A stretch of 47,558 nt of DNA, from the NCBI GenBank assembly GCA_016937865.1, contig JAFGVS010000001.1, positions 1 through 47,558 of the forward strand. The letters run 5' to 3'. Under the pieces are notes generated by a model. It saw only the letters and a list, made by a program, of their open reading frames with translations, was not told the DNA's origin and searched no databases. The translations under genes were made by a program, and so were the position numbers. Below, piece by piece: positions 7,992 to 17,049 of the stretch (position 1 is the first letter of the stretch; each line of letters opens with the position of its first letter). This DNA comes from Alphaproteobacteria bacterium. Lineage in GTDB: Bacteria > Pseudomonadota > Alphaproteobacteria > Rs-D84 > NBLK01.

Positions 7992-10900
7992 CTAATTCGG
8001 GTAGCTTTCTTGGCTTTCTTGGATCTGCGGGTAGCTTTCTTGTGTTTCTTCTACGGTATCGCTTTTTGCTAAAGGTTTTTTTAGTACAGGCCGAAGCGGG
8101 TAACTCTTTGGCGTTTCTTCAATCATATCGCCATAAGGCAAGTATTCATGAGAGACCCGATGAACAGGGTCTTTATATTTTCGACCTGGATATGATTCTT
8201 TTGTTTCTTCAATTAAAGAACGACGTTTCTTTTCTTTTTTTCTTTTTTGTTGGGCTTCCCAAAGCTTTCTTTTGGCTTTAATGTTCTTCGACCCACGCGG
8301 CGCATTGCGAGTTGCGTTCTTTTTCCGATTCGCTTCTGGGTGTTGAAGCGGGAATTTACGTGCATGTTTCTCTTTTTCAGTCAGAGGCGCGGGTTCTTCT
8401 ATTACAGTTTCAATTTTTTGAATTGGCATTGGCGGGGTATCGCCATCAAGATGTTTCCCTAAATATTTAACAGAAAGAGTCGGAAGTGTTTTAAAAACGG
8501 TTTCACGATCAACAACGAATCGAAGAGGGCGAGGAGATCCATAGCCTAAAGAACGCATTTGTTCAGGTTGAAACTCTAAAGTATAGCCACCTGGTCTTAA
8601 TTTTTCGAAACCATAATAACCGTCATTATCGGTAATGGTTTCCGCAATAACTTCATCGCCACGTTTAACAAGGAGCCGAATTCCTTTTACAGGACGATCT
8701 TTGCGTTTATAGACCAAGGCAATTTCACCGTCAATAGCGCCTAATTGCATTACAGGGAATTTAACTTTCGCCGCAACGCCTGGTCGAGCCATAACGGTAA
8801 GATGTTCCTCATTTGCATGATATGAAATATCACCTAAAGTTTCTGGGTTGAGCTTCACATTTGTCAGGTGATGGGGGGAAAGGCCAATGATAAATTCAGA
8901 GACACTGTCTTCTCTTCCGGCAGAATTCTTAGATCCATTTGTTTCATAAGAAACAGCTTTAAGGAAAGGTTCGCCTTCGGTATAGGCATCATCATAATTC
9001 TCATCTAAGAAGCTCTGTGTGGCAATGGCCCCTTGATGTGAAAGTCCTGGTTCACGTAAAAAGACTTCGCTTGTAAGTGGGTTGTGTAAAAGACTGGCGT
9101 TATAGGAAATCGAAAGGGTCTGACTGTCTGTAGAATCAAAAGAAAATCCGGCACCAATTGCACCAAAAGAAAAACGTCGAGAAGCATTGAAAGAATAAAT
9201 ATCTGTTTTTCGATCTGTATTATCGGTGTTTCGGGTCCATTTCGCCTGGAAATTTAGCGCTTGTCCACGCCAATCAAGTCCTAAGGCCGTTGTTTGAAGA
9301 AGGTCTGCTTTTAAATCATATCGACCTTCACCACGAAGGGAAAAAGCGCCCATCTGGATATTCATATTTCCTGTTGCGGTTTCTTCCTCGCTGCCTTGGA
9401 AATTAATTTTATTGCGAAGTTCTCCGGAAAGATAAAATTTCCACCAAGATAAAGATAGGGTGTTCGTAAGCTCTCGGTACTCTTCGCCATCAACGGAGGT
9501 TGCAATTTTTAACCGCGAATAAAAAGGCAAAGAAATAATATAGGGAATGGGAATCCGAAAACGGGCGCTAAAATTCGAAACATCATAAAGGAATTCATTG
9601 TCCAAAAAGGATTTTTCAGTTTTTAAACCGTTAAAAACACTATGATCGGCATATAGATTCAAACCACTGAAATTCGCTTCAAACAATCCTTCGTATGCGG
9701 GGGTATCCATATCATCCGCCAAAGCACCAGAAAGCCCAAATCGGAAAACAGAAAAACCTGTCTTTAATCCCAACATCGCGCGATCTTGGCTTTTTTCTTG
9801 GACATTTTGAGCATCTTGCATAGGTTCGTATGAAATAAATCCACCGGTTAAAGAGATGGCGCTGGAAAGTCCATACTCGGTTAAGAAACCGGCTCGGCGT
9901 GCAGTGACCTCTTGGTCATTTAAAGCAATAAGGGGTTTGACGTCTTCTTGTGCAAAAAAGCGAACGGCTAATTCGCCACCTTTTACAGCCGTTGGGGAAA
10001 GATAAACTTCTTTTTCTTCTTCTCGACGTTGACCTTGTGGGCCATAAAAGATCAGTTTGAATTTATTGAGACCCATTTGAAGGGGAAGGTTTTCAAATTG
10101 GTATAAACCTGTGCCATCGCCGGTCGAAAAATCCATTAAAACATTATTACGATAAACTTCAACTTCCCAGCCTTGGGTAAGTTGGCCTTGAAGTTTATAA
10201 TTACGTTGGGTTCCGTTCCCTTTCTCATCAAAAGAAGAAAGATTAATTCCGCGCCCAGTTGTGGACGTGGATATAAGGTCAACGTCATACGTGTTGATGT
10301 CGCCCATTTCGATAAATTTTGCAAAACCTAAAATATCAGAATTGGGTTTGTATCGACTGAGGTTAACGCGGGCAAAGCGGTCTTCACTAGCGGAATTTCC
10401 ATAAAAGTTAAAACTGGTATCTAAACCAAGGAATAGTTGATTCCCAGATAAGGTGTAAGAGGTGGTTTCGGCAACTTCTGTTGGTCGATTGTACTGTGTA
10501 TAAGAAACACCAAAATCAAGGAAAGGGAAAGAGAACCAATCCGTGTTTTCAAGGTAACCATCTTCAAAACTAGCTTGTTTAAATCGCTGTTCACGTAAAA
10601 GTTTCCGTTTTTTTTCACGTTCGACACGTTCTTCAAAAGGCATAGGCTCCAGGGCTTCAACATGTAGCATCAAATCTGCCGTGTTAACTGTCGTGCGAAC
10701 AGGAAAAAGTTTATCAACCAAAGATGAATGAATATAAATATCATCATCTGCCCATTTCACATCATCAGGGGTCAGGGAAAAAGAAACACGGTCGGAAACA
10801 AGAGAGGCATCGCTTAGGTTTAGTTTAAAGGATCGACTTTCTTTCATAAACCAACCTTCGGCTGTTCCCGTTTCAGGATTAACTGTAATCGGAAATTCAA

Positions 10901-11096
10901 AACCAGTAACCAAGTCAGACAAAGGCAAATAAACCCCTCCGTTTTCTGTCTGAGAGGGGAAAGCTTTAAAGCCGTCAACAATCGTGAAATTTTTCATCAT
11001 TGCTTTAAGAATGAAATAATCGTCACGATCCGAAAAATGCGGATCAGGTGCAAGCGTTTGTTGTGCTTGCACCCGATTGAAAACCGACAAGAACAA
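7992..11096 (-). CDS. Usher-like outer-membrane assembly protein with a CarboxypepD_reg-like domain and a basic, repeat-bearing C-terminal tail
   Basis: 1034 aa, immediately downstream of a PapD-like chaperone gene. Long beta-rich middle region with an usher-like segment (FIEMGDINTYDVDLISTSTTGRGINLSSFD). GIRLLVKRGDEVIAETITDNDGYYGFEKLRPGGYTLEF resembles a carboxypeptidase-regulatory-like fold. The only canonical start codon is a TTG at 11096. Confidence 0.6.
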   Translation of the reverse strand: MFLSVFNRVQAQQTLAPDPHFSDRDDYFILKAMMKNFTIVDGFKAFPSQTENGGVYLPLSDLVTGFEFPITVNPETGTAEGWFMKESRSFKLNLSDASLVSDRVSFSLTPDDVKWADDDIYIHSSLVDKLFPVRTTVNTADLMLHVEALEPMPFEERVEREKKRKLLREQRFKQASFEDGYLENTDWFSFPFLDFGVSYTQYNRPTEVAETTSYTLSGNQLFLGLDTSFNFYGNSASEDRFARVNLSRYKPNSDILGFAKFIEMGDINTYDVDLISTSTTGRGINLSSFDEKGNGTQRNYKLQGQLTQGWEVEVYRNNVLMDFSTGDGTGLYQFENLPLQMGLNKFKLIFYGPQGQRREEEKEVYLSPTAVKGGELAVRFFAQEDVKPLIALNDQEVTARRAGFLTEYGLSSAISLTGGFISYEPMQDAQNVQEKSQDRAMLGLKTGFSVFRFGLSGALADDMDTPAYEGLFEANFSGLNLYADHSVFNGLKTEKSFLDNEFLYDVSNFSARFRIPIPYIISLPFYSRLKIATSVDGEEYRELTNTLSLSWWKFYLSGELRNKINFQGSEEETATGNMNIQMGAFSLRGEGRYDLKADLLQTTALGLDWRGQALNFQAKWTRNTDNTDRKTDIYSFNASRRFSFGAIGAGFSFDSTDSQTLSISYNASLLHNPLTSEVFLREPGLSHQGAIATQSFLDENYDDAYTEGEPFLKAVSYETNGSKNSAGREDSVSEFIIGLSPHHLTNVKLNPETLGDISYHANEEHLTVMARPGVAAKVKFPVMQLGAIDGEIALVYKRKDRPVKGIRLLVKRGDEVIAETITDNDGYYGFEKLRPGGYTLEFQPEQMRSLGYGSPRPLRFVVDRETVFKTLPTLSVKYLGKHLDGDTPPMPIQKIETVIEEPAPLTEKEKHARKFPLQHPEANRKKNATRNAPRGSKNIKAKRKLWEAQQKRKKEKKRRSLIEETKESYPGRKYKDPVHRVSHEYLPYGDMIEETPKSYPLRPVLKKPLAKSDTVEETQESYPQIQESQESYPN

Positions 11097-11116
11097 AATG
11101 AAAAATAAAAAAGCTC

Positions 11117-12031
11117 TTATAGTTCAAACTCTTCTTTGAAATTAATATCGGGTGAATCTTTTTTGTCTCCGGTAAATTTCAAAATAAGAGTTTCTCCTTC
11201 AAGGTCCGAAGGGGTGATTTCTTCGCCATCAATATGAAGTGGGATTGAAAAAGATTTTTGATTTAAATTCGTATACAACGCAATATTGCTGATGCGACCA
11301 ATTTCGGTATCAGAAGACAAGAAGCCTTCTTCTTTATAAGCAATAATGTTTCCGCGAATAGATTGCGTCCCTTGACGGGTTAGCGTGAAATTTAACATCG
11401 CTTTCCCTTTTTCGTCACGGGTCAACTTAACAGATTCGAACGTACTTTTAACGCTTGTATCTCCAAAGCGGGCAATAATAGGAATTGTAATACCATATTC
11501 TGCTTGGATATCAATAACGATACCAGCGGATTGCCCAGCAGGTTTTGCCTCAGTTGCAACGTCTTTTTCTTGGATGTGAAAGTGCGAGCGTAGTTCACGG
11601 GCATCATTAAAACGGGCTTTACGGTTAAGCATCAAACGAACAGTTTGTGTTTCACGTGGCTTTAAGACAATTTTTCGAGGGGAATAATCAACGACATCTG
11701 AAGCAAATAAAGCTGTTTTAGTTTGCTCTGTCGTAAGTGGTGTAATTTTTTCAATTTTTTGTTTCGTTTTTGGATCAATGGAAGGATCAACAAATACAAG
11801 GCGTCCGTCACGTTTTTCAACAATGCGGTATCCGCCATTTTCTTGAGGGTAGTATTCAACAAAAGACATTTTATAGGTTTTGGGTTTGGTGTCTGTATTT
11901 GTCACTTGAATAGCCTCAGAACGCACTGGTCCTTGAAAAACAATTTTTTGTGGATGGAGCAAAAAATCTGCGGAGGCAGATTGAGCCAATATTAAGGTAG
12001 CAAGCGTTAAAAACGGGGTAAATAATTTCAT
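11117..12031 (-). CDS. PapD-like periplasmic fimbrial chaperone
   Basis: Start chosen at the ATG at 12031 (AAGGAtcctttaaaATG). Signal peptide MKLFTPFLTLATLILAQSASA|DF. LHPQKIVFQGPVRSEAIQVTNTDTKPKTYKM and YSPRKIVLKPRETQTVRLML match the two hallmark chaperone strands (P..v.F... and sP..f.L.P...q.vRl). Confidence 0.65.
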   Translation of the reverse strand: MKLFTPFLTLATLILAQSASADFLLHPQKIVFQGPVRSEAIQVTNTDTKPKTYKMSFVEYYPQENGGYRIVEKRDGRLVFVDPSIDPKTKQKIEKITPLTTEQTKTALFASDVVDYSPRKIVLKPRETQTVRLMLNRKARFNDARELRSHFHIQEKDVATEAKPAGQSAGIVIDIQAEYGITIPIIARFGDTSVKSTFESVKLTRDEKGKAMLNFTLTRQGTQSIRGNIIAYKEEGFLSSDTEIGRISNIALYTNLNQKSFSIPLHIDGEEITPSDLEGETLILKFTGDKKDSPDINFKEEFEL

Positions 12032-12307
12032 TTTAAAGGATCCTTCTTCTCTAGTCGCGAACGATACCAGAACCATAACAAATTTGGAAGAGATTCGCAA
12101 TTGTTTATTTACAAAATGTAACACATTTAAAATAGGAGGTGTATTTTTTTAAAAAAACAGGCAAAAAATAAACTTGACTTAAAAAATAACATGGTTTAGG
12201 ATCAGAAATATAAAGAAACTTTTTTGACTCTAATGAAAAAGTATGTTAGAAAATTAGAGAAGACGAATTGAATATATAAGTTGGATTTACAAATTAAAGG
12301 ATAAAAA

Positions 12308-13294
12308 ATGAACAAAGCAACATCTTTTGAAGGAGCTCTCGACAATTTAAATGAATTGAAGAAAGAGGCTGTAGAAGTCTCTACGGCAGAGCAGTCTTAT
12401 AAAGACGGAACCAAGTATATTTCTCAAAGAGAATTTCAAAAATCCCTCGCATGTTTCGATGATGCCATTAAAGCCGATGAAAATTATTGGCAGGCTTATA
12501 ATAGTAAAGGCTTTGCGTTAATGAAGATGCGCTTGTTTAAAGAAGCGCGGTCTGAATTTGAAAAAGCGCTTAAAATTAAGCCACGTGAAGTGTCTATCTG
12601 GGTCAACAAAGGAATGGCGCTTAGTCTTAGCAATTTATATGAAGATGCAAAAGATACATTTGATATCGCGCTTCAAATCAATCCAAAATCCATTGAGGCT
12701 TTAAACGGAAAAGCCATTGTGCTTCAAAAACTCTATAAATATAAAGAAGCTTTGGATGTATTAGAACGCGTGATCGAGATTGATCCAAATCGCTTGGATG
12801 CACTTATGAGTGTTGGGGTTACATTACAACGTTTAAAATTGTATGATAAAGCTTTAGAATACTTTGAAAAAGTACTTCAAATCGACAAAAATCATATTCC
12901 GGCCATCAGCGCCAAAGGCGTAACCTATAATTTAATGGACGATCCAACAAAAGCAATCCAGACATTTAAAAGTATTTTTAAAATCGACCCAAGTTCGATT
13001 TCAGCGCAGGTAAGCATTGGGTATGTGATGCAAAAACAAGAGCAATATTTAAAAGCACTGGAAGTCTATGAGCGCGCAGCTGACATGAATGGCGGGGTGT
13101 ACAACCAAAAGATTTGGGATGGGCTAGCCAGCTGTTTAACAAAACTAAGTGAATTCGAAAAAGCTTTAAAATATTACCGTGAAATCATTGCAAAAGAAAA
13201 TGGCAGCAAAAAGTTCGCCGCGGAACGTTCTGCAAGATTCGTGGAAAAAATTAAAACCAAATATCCAAACGGGGTTTCCTCAACGGAAGAATAA
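12308..13294 (+). CDS. Tetratricopeptide-repeat (TPR) protein
   Basis: 328 aa built of reiterated 34-aa TPR units (W..kG.al...g.y.eA...fe.AL.i.P). Confidence 0.85.
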   Translation: MNKATSFEGALDNLNELKKEAVEVSTAEQSYKDGTKYISQREFQKSLACFDDAIKADENYWQAYNSKGFALMKMRLFKEARSEFEKALKIKPREVSIWVNKGMALSLSNLYEDAKDTFDIALQINPKSIEALNGKAIVLQKLYKYKEALDVLERVIEIDPNRLDALMSVGVTLQRLKLYDKALEYFEKVLQIDKNHIPAISAKGVTYNLMDDPTKAIQTFKSIFKIDPSSISAQVSIGYVMQKQEQYLKALEVYERAADMNGGVYNQKIWDGLASCLTKLSEFEKALKYYREIIAKENGSKKFAAERSARFVEKIKTKYPNGVSSTEE

Positions 13295-13298
13295 ACAA

Positions 13299-13334
13299 AA
13301 AACACCTTCTTTTAGCAAGAAGGTGTTTTTTTTG
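13299..13334 (+). terminator. Rho-independent terminator after the TPR gene
   Basis: 11-bp stem AACACCTTCTT (13301-13311) / AAGAAGGTGTT (13317-13327) followed by a T-run. Confidence 0.75.
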
Positions 13335-13502
13335 ATTGAGAATCATTGGATTCGGGTAGGATTCTTTCACAATCAAGTCCTTTTTACACTTTTTTCCGAA
13401 AAAAAAGACTCCAATATGCCTCTTTTTTTTGTTAGGATAGAACACGATATACAATAAACACGATAAAAAAGGCGAATCGCCGACAAAAAGAGGATCAAAT
13501 AT

Positions 13503-14108
13503 ATGTTAATACCGATGGTCATTGAAACCACAGGACGCGGGGAGCGCTCTTTCGACATTTACTCTCGTCTTCTAAAAGAACGTATTATTTTTCTATCGGG
13601 GCAAGTAGACGACCAAGTGGCGTCATTGATTTGTGCACAGCTGCTACATTTGGAAGCAGAAGATCCAGAAAAAGATATTTATCTCTATATTAACTCACCA
13701 GGTGGCGTTGTAACGGCTGGGATGTCTATTTATGACACAATGCAATATATTCGCCCAGATGTGGCGACGGTTTGTATTGGACAAGCCGCATCTATGGGGG
13801 CCTTTTTGCTTGCCGGTGGTGAAAAAGGGAAACGCTCGTCTCTGCCAAACTCACGTATTATGATTCATCAACCTTTGGGTGGGACCCAAGGACAAGCAAC
13901 GGATATTGAAATTCATGCCCGTGAAATCCTGCATCTGCGGAACCGATTGAGCACGATGATGGCAGAAAATTGTGGAAAAGATTTGGAAACGGTTGAAAAA
14001 GCCGTCGAACGCGATAATTTCATGTCTGCGGCGGAAGCAAAAAGCTTTGGGCTGATTGATAATATTGTGACACATCGTGAAATGAATGAAAACAAAAGGA
14101 ATAAATAA
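13503..14108 (+). CDS. clpP: ATP-dependent Clp protease proteolytic subunit
   Basis: [18 protein letters not shown] and [11 protein letters not shown] (catalytic Ser); MIHQPLGG (His). Confidence 0.97.
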   Translation: MLIPMVIETTGRGERSFDIYSRLLKERIIFLSGQVDDQVASLICAQLLHLEAEDPEKDIYLYINSPGGVVTAGMSIYDTMQYIRPDVATVCIGQAASMGAFLLAGGEKGKRSSLPNSRIMIHQPLGGTQGQATDIEIHAREILHLRNRLSTMMAENCGKDLETVEKAVERDNFMSAAEAKSFGLIDNIVTHREMNENKRNK

Positions 14109-14110
14109 AC

Positions 14111-15382
14111 GTGACGACTGAAGCAAAAAAAAATGTGCGCTATTGTTCCTTTTGTGGAAAGAGCCAAAATGAAGTAAAGCGTTTGATCACAGGACACTCT
14201 GTTTTCATCTGTGATGAATGTGTGCATTTGTGTAACGATATTTTATCAGACGATTTGAAGTCAAAACAAATTAAAGAATTTAAAAACATTCCGTCTCCAT
14301 CTGCAATTAATGCGATTGTGGATGATTATGTGATTGGCCAAAGTGCGGCGAAAAAGACATTGGCCGTTGCCGTATATAACCATTATAAGCGTCATTTGCA
14401 CAGGTTTCAAAACAATGATGTGGAAATTCAAAAATCAAACATCTTGATGATTGGAACGACTGGAACCGGAAAAACACTATTGGCAAAAACATTGGCGCGC
14501 GTTTTAAACGTACCTTTCACAATCGCCGACGCAACAACATTGACCGAAGCCGGTTATGTTGGGGATGACGTTGAAACCATTGTGACAAAATTATTACAAG
14601 CAGCAGATAATGATGTCGAAGCGGCACAAAAAGGGATTATCTATATCGACGAAATCGATAAAATCACCCGAAAATCAGACAACCCTTCTTTAACCCGGGA
14701 TGTTTCTGGGGAAGGTGTGCAACAAGCGTTATTGAAATTGATCGAAGGAACAACCTGTACGGTATCTCCAACTGGAAAACGAAAGAACCCAAGTCAAAAA
14801 GACTTAATTCACTTTGATACGTCCGAAGTATTGTTTATCTGTGGCGGCGCATTTGCTGGACTTGAAAAAATCGTCGCAAATCGTACAGAAAAAAGCTCTA
14901 TTGGGTTTGGTGCAGAAGTAAAATCGAAATCTAAAATAGACACAACTAAATTATTTAAACAAGTTGAAGTCGAAGATTTAACGAAGTATGGGTTAATCCC
15001 AGAATTAATTGGGCGTCTGCCAGTAATTGTATCTTTGGAAAGCTTGGATGAAAAAGCCTTGATTCAAATTTTAACAGAACCAAGAAATTCATTGGTAAGA
15101 CAATATCAAAAATTATTTGAAATGGAAGATGTGAAACTGACATTTGCAGAAGAATCCTTGCATGCCATTGCACGTGAAGCCATTAAACGCAAAACAGGGG
15201 CACGTGGACTACGGTCTATTGTGGAAAATCTGCTTTTGGAAACGATGTATCATTTACCAGACCATAAAGATGTGGTGGAGGTGATCATCAGTGAAGATAC
15301 GGTTGTGAACCGCAGTGAGCCTTTAAAAGTATTTGGTGAAAGAACCGAAAAAGAACAAGAGAAGAAAGTGATTTCTTCCTAA
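14111..15382 (+). CDS. clpX: ATP-dependent Clp protease ATP-binding subunit ClpX
   Basis: GTG start 2 nt after the clpP stop. N-terminal zinc finger (CSFCGK...CDEC). Walker [21 protein letters not shown]. Confidence 0.97.
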   Translation: MTTEAKKNVRYCSFCGKSQNEVKRLITGHSVFICDECVHLCNDILSDDLKSKQIKEFKNIPSPSAINAIVDDYVIGQSAAKKTLAVAVYNHYKRHLHRFQNNDVEIQKSNILMIGTTGTGKTLLAKTLARVLNVPFTIADATTLTEAGYVGDDVETIVTKLLQAADNDVEAAQKGIIYIDEIDKITRKSDNPSLTRDVSGEGVQQALLKLIEGTTCTVSPTGKRKNPSQKDLIHFDTSEVLFICGGAFAGLEKIVANRTEKSSIGFGAEVKSKSKIDTTKLFKQVEVEDLTKYGLIPELIGRLPVIVSLESLDEKALIQILTEPRNSLVRQYQKLFEMEDVKLTFAEESLHAIAREAIKRKTGARGLRSIVENLLLETMYHLPDHKDVVEVIISEDTVVNRSEPLKVFGERTEKEQEKKVISS

Positions 15383-15395
15383 AAGCTCCTTCCCC

Positions 15396-15422
15396 GTCCC
15401 GCCTCCAGGCGGGACATTTCTT
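15396..15422 (+). terminator. Rho-independent terminator after clpX
   Basis: Stem GTCCCGCC (15396-15403) / GGCGGGAC (15408-15415) with loop TCCA, then ATTTCTT. Confidence 0.65.
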
Positions 15423-15442
15423 AAAGTAAAAGGAATAATGAT

Positions 15443-16094
15443 ATGAAAGTTATTACTGTAGATGGGCCGAGCGGTGTAGGCAAAGGAACGCTATGTAAAT
15501 CATTGGCAAAAAAATTAGAGTATGCTTTTGGATACAGGGTCGCTGTACCGCGTCGTAATGCTAAAACTAATCCTAGATGGAAAAGGATTCGATGAAGACG
15601 TTTGCATTAAAACCGCGAATGCACTTACGCCAAATCAAATTGCGGAATTGCTAAAAAAACCGGATATTCGGGAAAATCCCGAAGTCTCACGACTTATTCC
15701 GATTACAATTGCAAAAATTCAAGAAGTCCGTGCACGTTTAGTCGAAATCGGAAAAGAGTTTTCTGAAAATCCCCCACTTTTAGAGAACGGAAAAACCCCA
15801 TTAGGCGTCGTTTTGGATGGACGGGAATGTGGAACAATGACCGCTCCAAACGCAGATTACAAATTCTATTTAACGGCACGCCCAGAAATTCGGGCACAGC
15901 GTCGATTTGAAGATTATAAAAAACGGGGAAAAGAGCAGCCTTTTGAAAAAGTATTGGCAGATGTCATCGCCCGGGATGAAACGGATGGGAACAATCCATT
16001 AATTCCAAAACCAACCCCAGATACGATTCAGGTTGATAGTTCGGATTTAAATAAAGAGGAAGTTTTGGCGAAAGTAATGTCTTACCTAAAGTAA
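15443..16094 (+). pseudogene. cmk: Cytidylate kinase, interrupted by a +1 frameshift (pseudogene or sequence error)
   Basis: The ATG at 15443 (RBS AAGGA) encodes the P-loop MKVITVDGPSGVGKGTLCKSLAKKLEY, then runs out of frame to a TGA at 15593. The rest of Cmk (LLDTGSLYR ... DGRECGT ... RAQRR ... ARDETD) is in the +1 frame, open from 15519. Deleting one T of the T4 run at 15526-15529 gives a continuous 216-aa Cmk. Confidence 0.7.
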
Positions 16095-16421
16095 AACGAA
16101 GGCCCACGTCATGACCATAAAGAGCAGAGAAATTAAAACAGCGGCACTGCCAACATCTTTAGCTTTTTTAGAAAGCGGATGTTTGGCTTTGCTAATACGA
16201 TCGACTGTCATTTCAATACCTGTGTTTAAAAGTTCAACGATCAAAACAAGTAAAACAGAACTCACCAGTAGATAACGTTTTAAACAAGAGGGGACAATAA
16301 AAAAGGCAAGTGGAATTAAAACAAGCGCCATATAACATTCTTGACGAAATGCGCGCTCTTCTTTAAAAGCCGAAACAAGGCCGGCAGTTGAATTTAAAAA
16401 AGCATTCCAAAGGTTGTGCAT
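16086..16421 (-). CDS. dgkA: Diacylglycerol kinase
   Basis: Start chosen at the ATG at 16421. 111 aa, 3 TM, with LLVLIVELLNTGIEMTVDRIS and AKDVGSAAVL, typical of DgkA. Confidence 0.85.
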   Translation of the reverse strand: MHNLWNAFLNSTAGLVSAFKEERAFRQECYMALVLIPLAFFIVPSCLKRYLLVSSVLLVLIVELLNTGIEMTVDRISKAKHPLSKKAKDVGSAAVLISLLFMVMTWAFVLL

Positions 16422-16583
16422 GAGAAAAACATATCCCTTTATAAAAAAGAAAGCAAGCGGTTTTTTAAAAGCCAAAGTTATATGGCTTGATTTTTTGAAC
16501 TGAAACAGGCATTCTAAATTAAGTACAAAACGTAAATAAAACACATAACCCGTAAAACCAAACAAAAGAATAAGTAGAAACAG

Positions 16584-17027
16584 ATGAAAAAAATATTAAG
16601 TATAGCCTTGTGCATAGCCTTTATGGGGTGTGGTTCAACAAAAACAACACCACAATGCACCAAAGACAGCGCCTCACCGACAGGGTGTCAGATCTCGCGT
16701 AATAACGCGCATACCACAAATTTTTTAGCCAGTTCTCTCTACTATAAAAAGGGGCAAACAGGCATGCCGTCAGAGGCATCAAAAGCCGTGTCTGAAATTG
16801 TACGGTTTCAAAAACTATATAATGCGACCATTCATTTGATGAGTCATAGTTTGGACGAAACGACGGCCATACAAAACAAACGTTTAAACACCCTTATCAA
16901 TTATTTGATACAAAGGGGCATTTCAGCCGATAAAATCAAAAAACAGACCGGGGAATTACCCCTCTATCGGAATGGTCAAAAACAAACAGAATTATCGCGT
17001 AGAATAGAAATATATTTAGAATATTAA
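16584..17027 (+). CDS. Lipoprotein with a divergent OmpA/Pal-like C-terminal domain
   Basis: Lipobox AFMGC|GS. C-terminal IHLMSHSLDE..NKRLNTLINYLIQRGISADKI...SRRIEIYLEY resembles a degenerate OmpA_C-like domain (GHTD..N..LS..RA...L...G......NRRVEI). Confidence 0.5.
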   Translation: MKKILSIALCIAFMGCGSTKTTPQCTKDSASPTGCQISRNNAHTTNFLASSLYYKKGQTGMPSEASKAVSEIVRFQKLYNATIHLMSHSLDETTAIQNKRLNTLINYLIQRGISADKIKKQTGELPLYRNGQKQTELSRRIEIYLEY

Positions 17028-17049
17028 GAAAAGAAAAAAGAGTAGAAAA

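Noticed and set aside
7998-8042. Short direct repeats (cgggtagctttcttg x2), examined as a possible CRISPR-like or regulatory array
   Set aside because: Only two copies are present, both inside the coding tail of the usher-like gene (QESYP motifs). They are reported as a protein repeat instead. No CRISPR array exists anywhere in the window.
13335-13502. Search for a sigma32 heat-shock promoter upstream of clpP
   Set aside because: I found no CTTGAA-type -35 or CCCCAT-like -10 and no convincing sigma70 hexamers either, so no promoter is called.
13179-13558. ORFs of 61-92 aa in the TPR-clpP spacer
   Set aside because: They run across a strong terminator hairpin and AT-rich non-coding sequence, and carry no RBS or motif.
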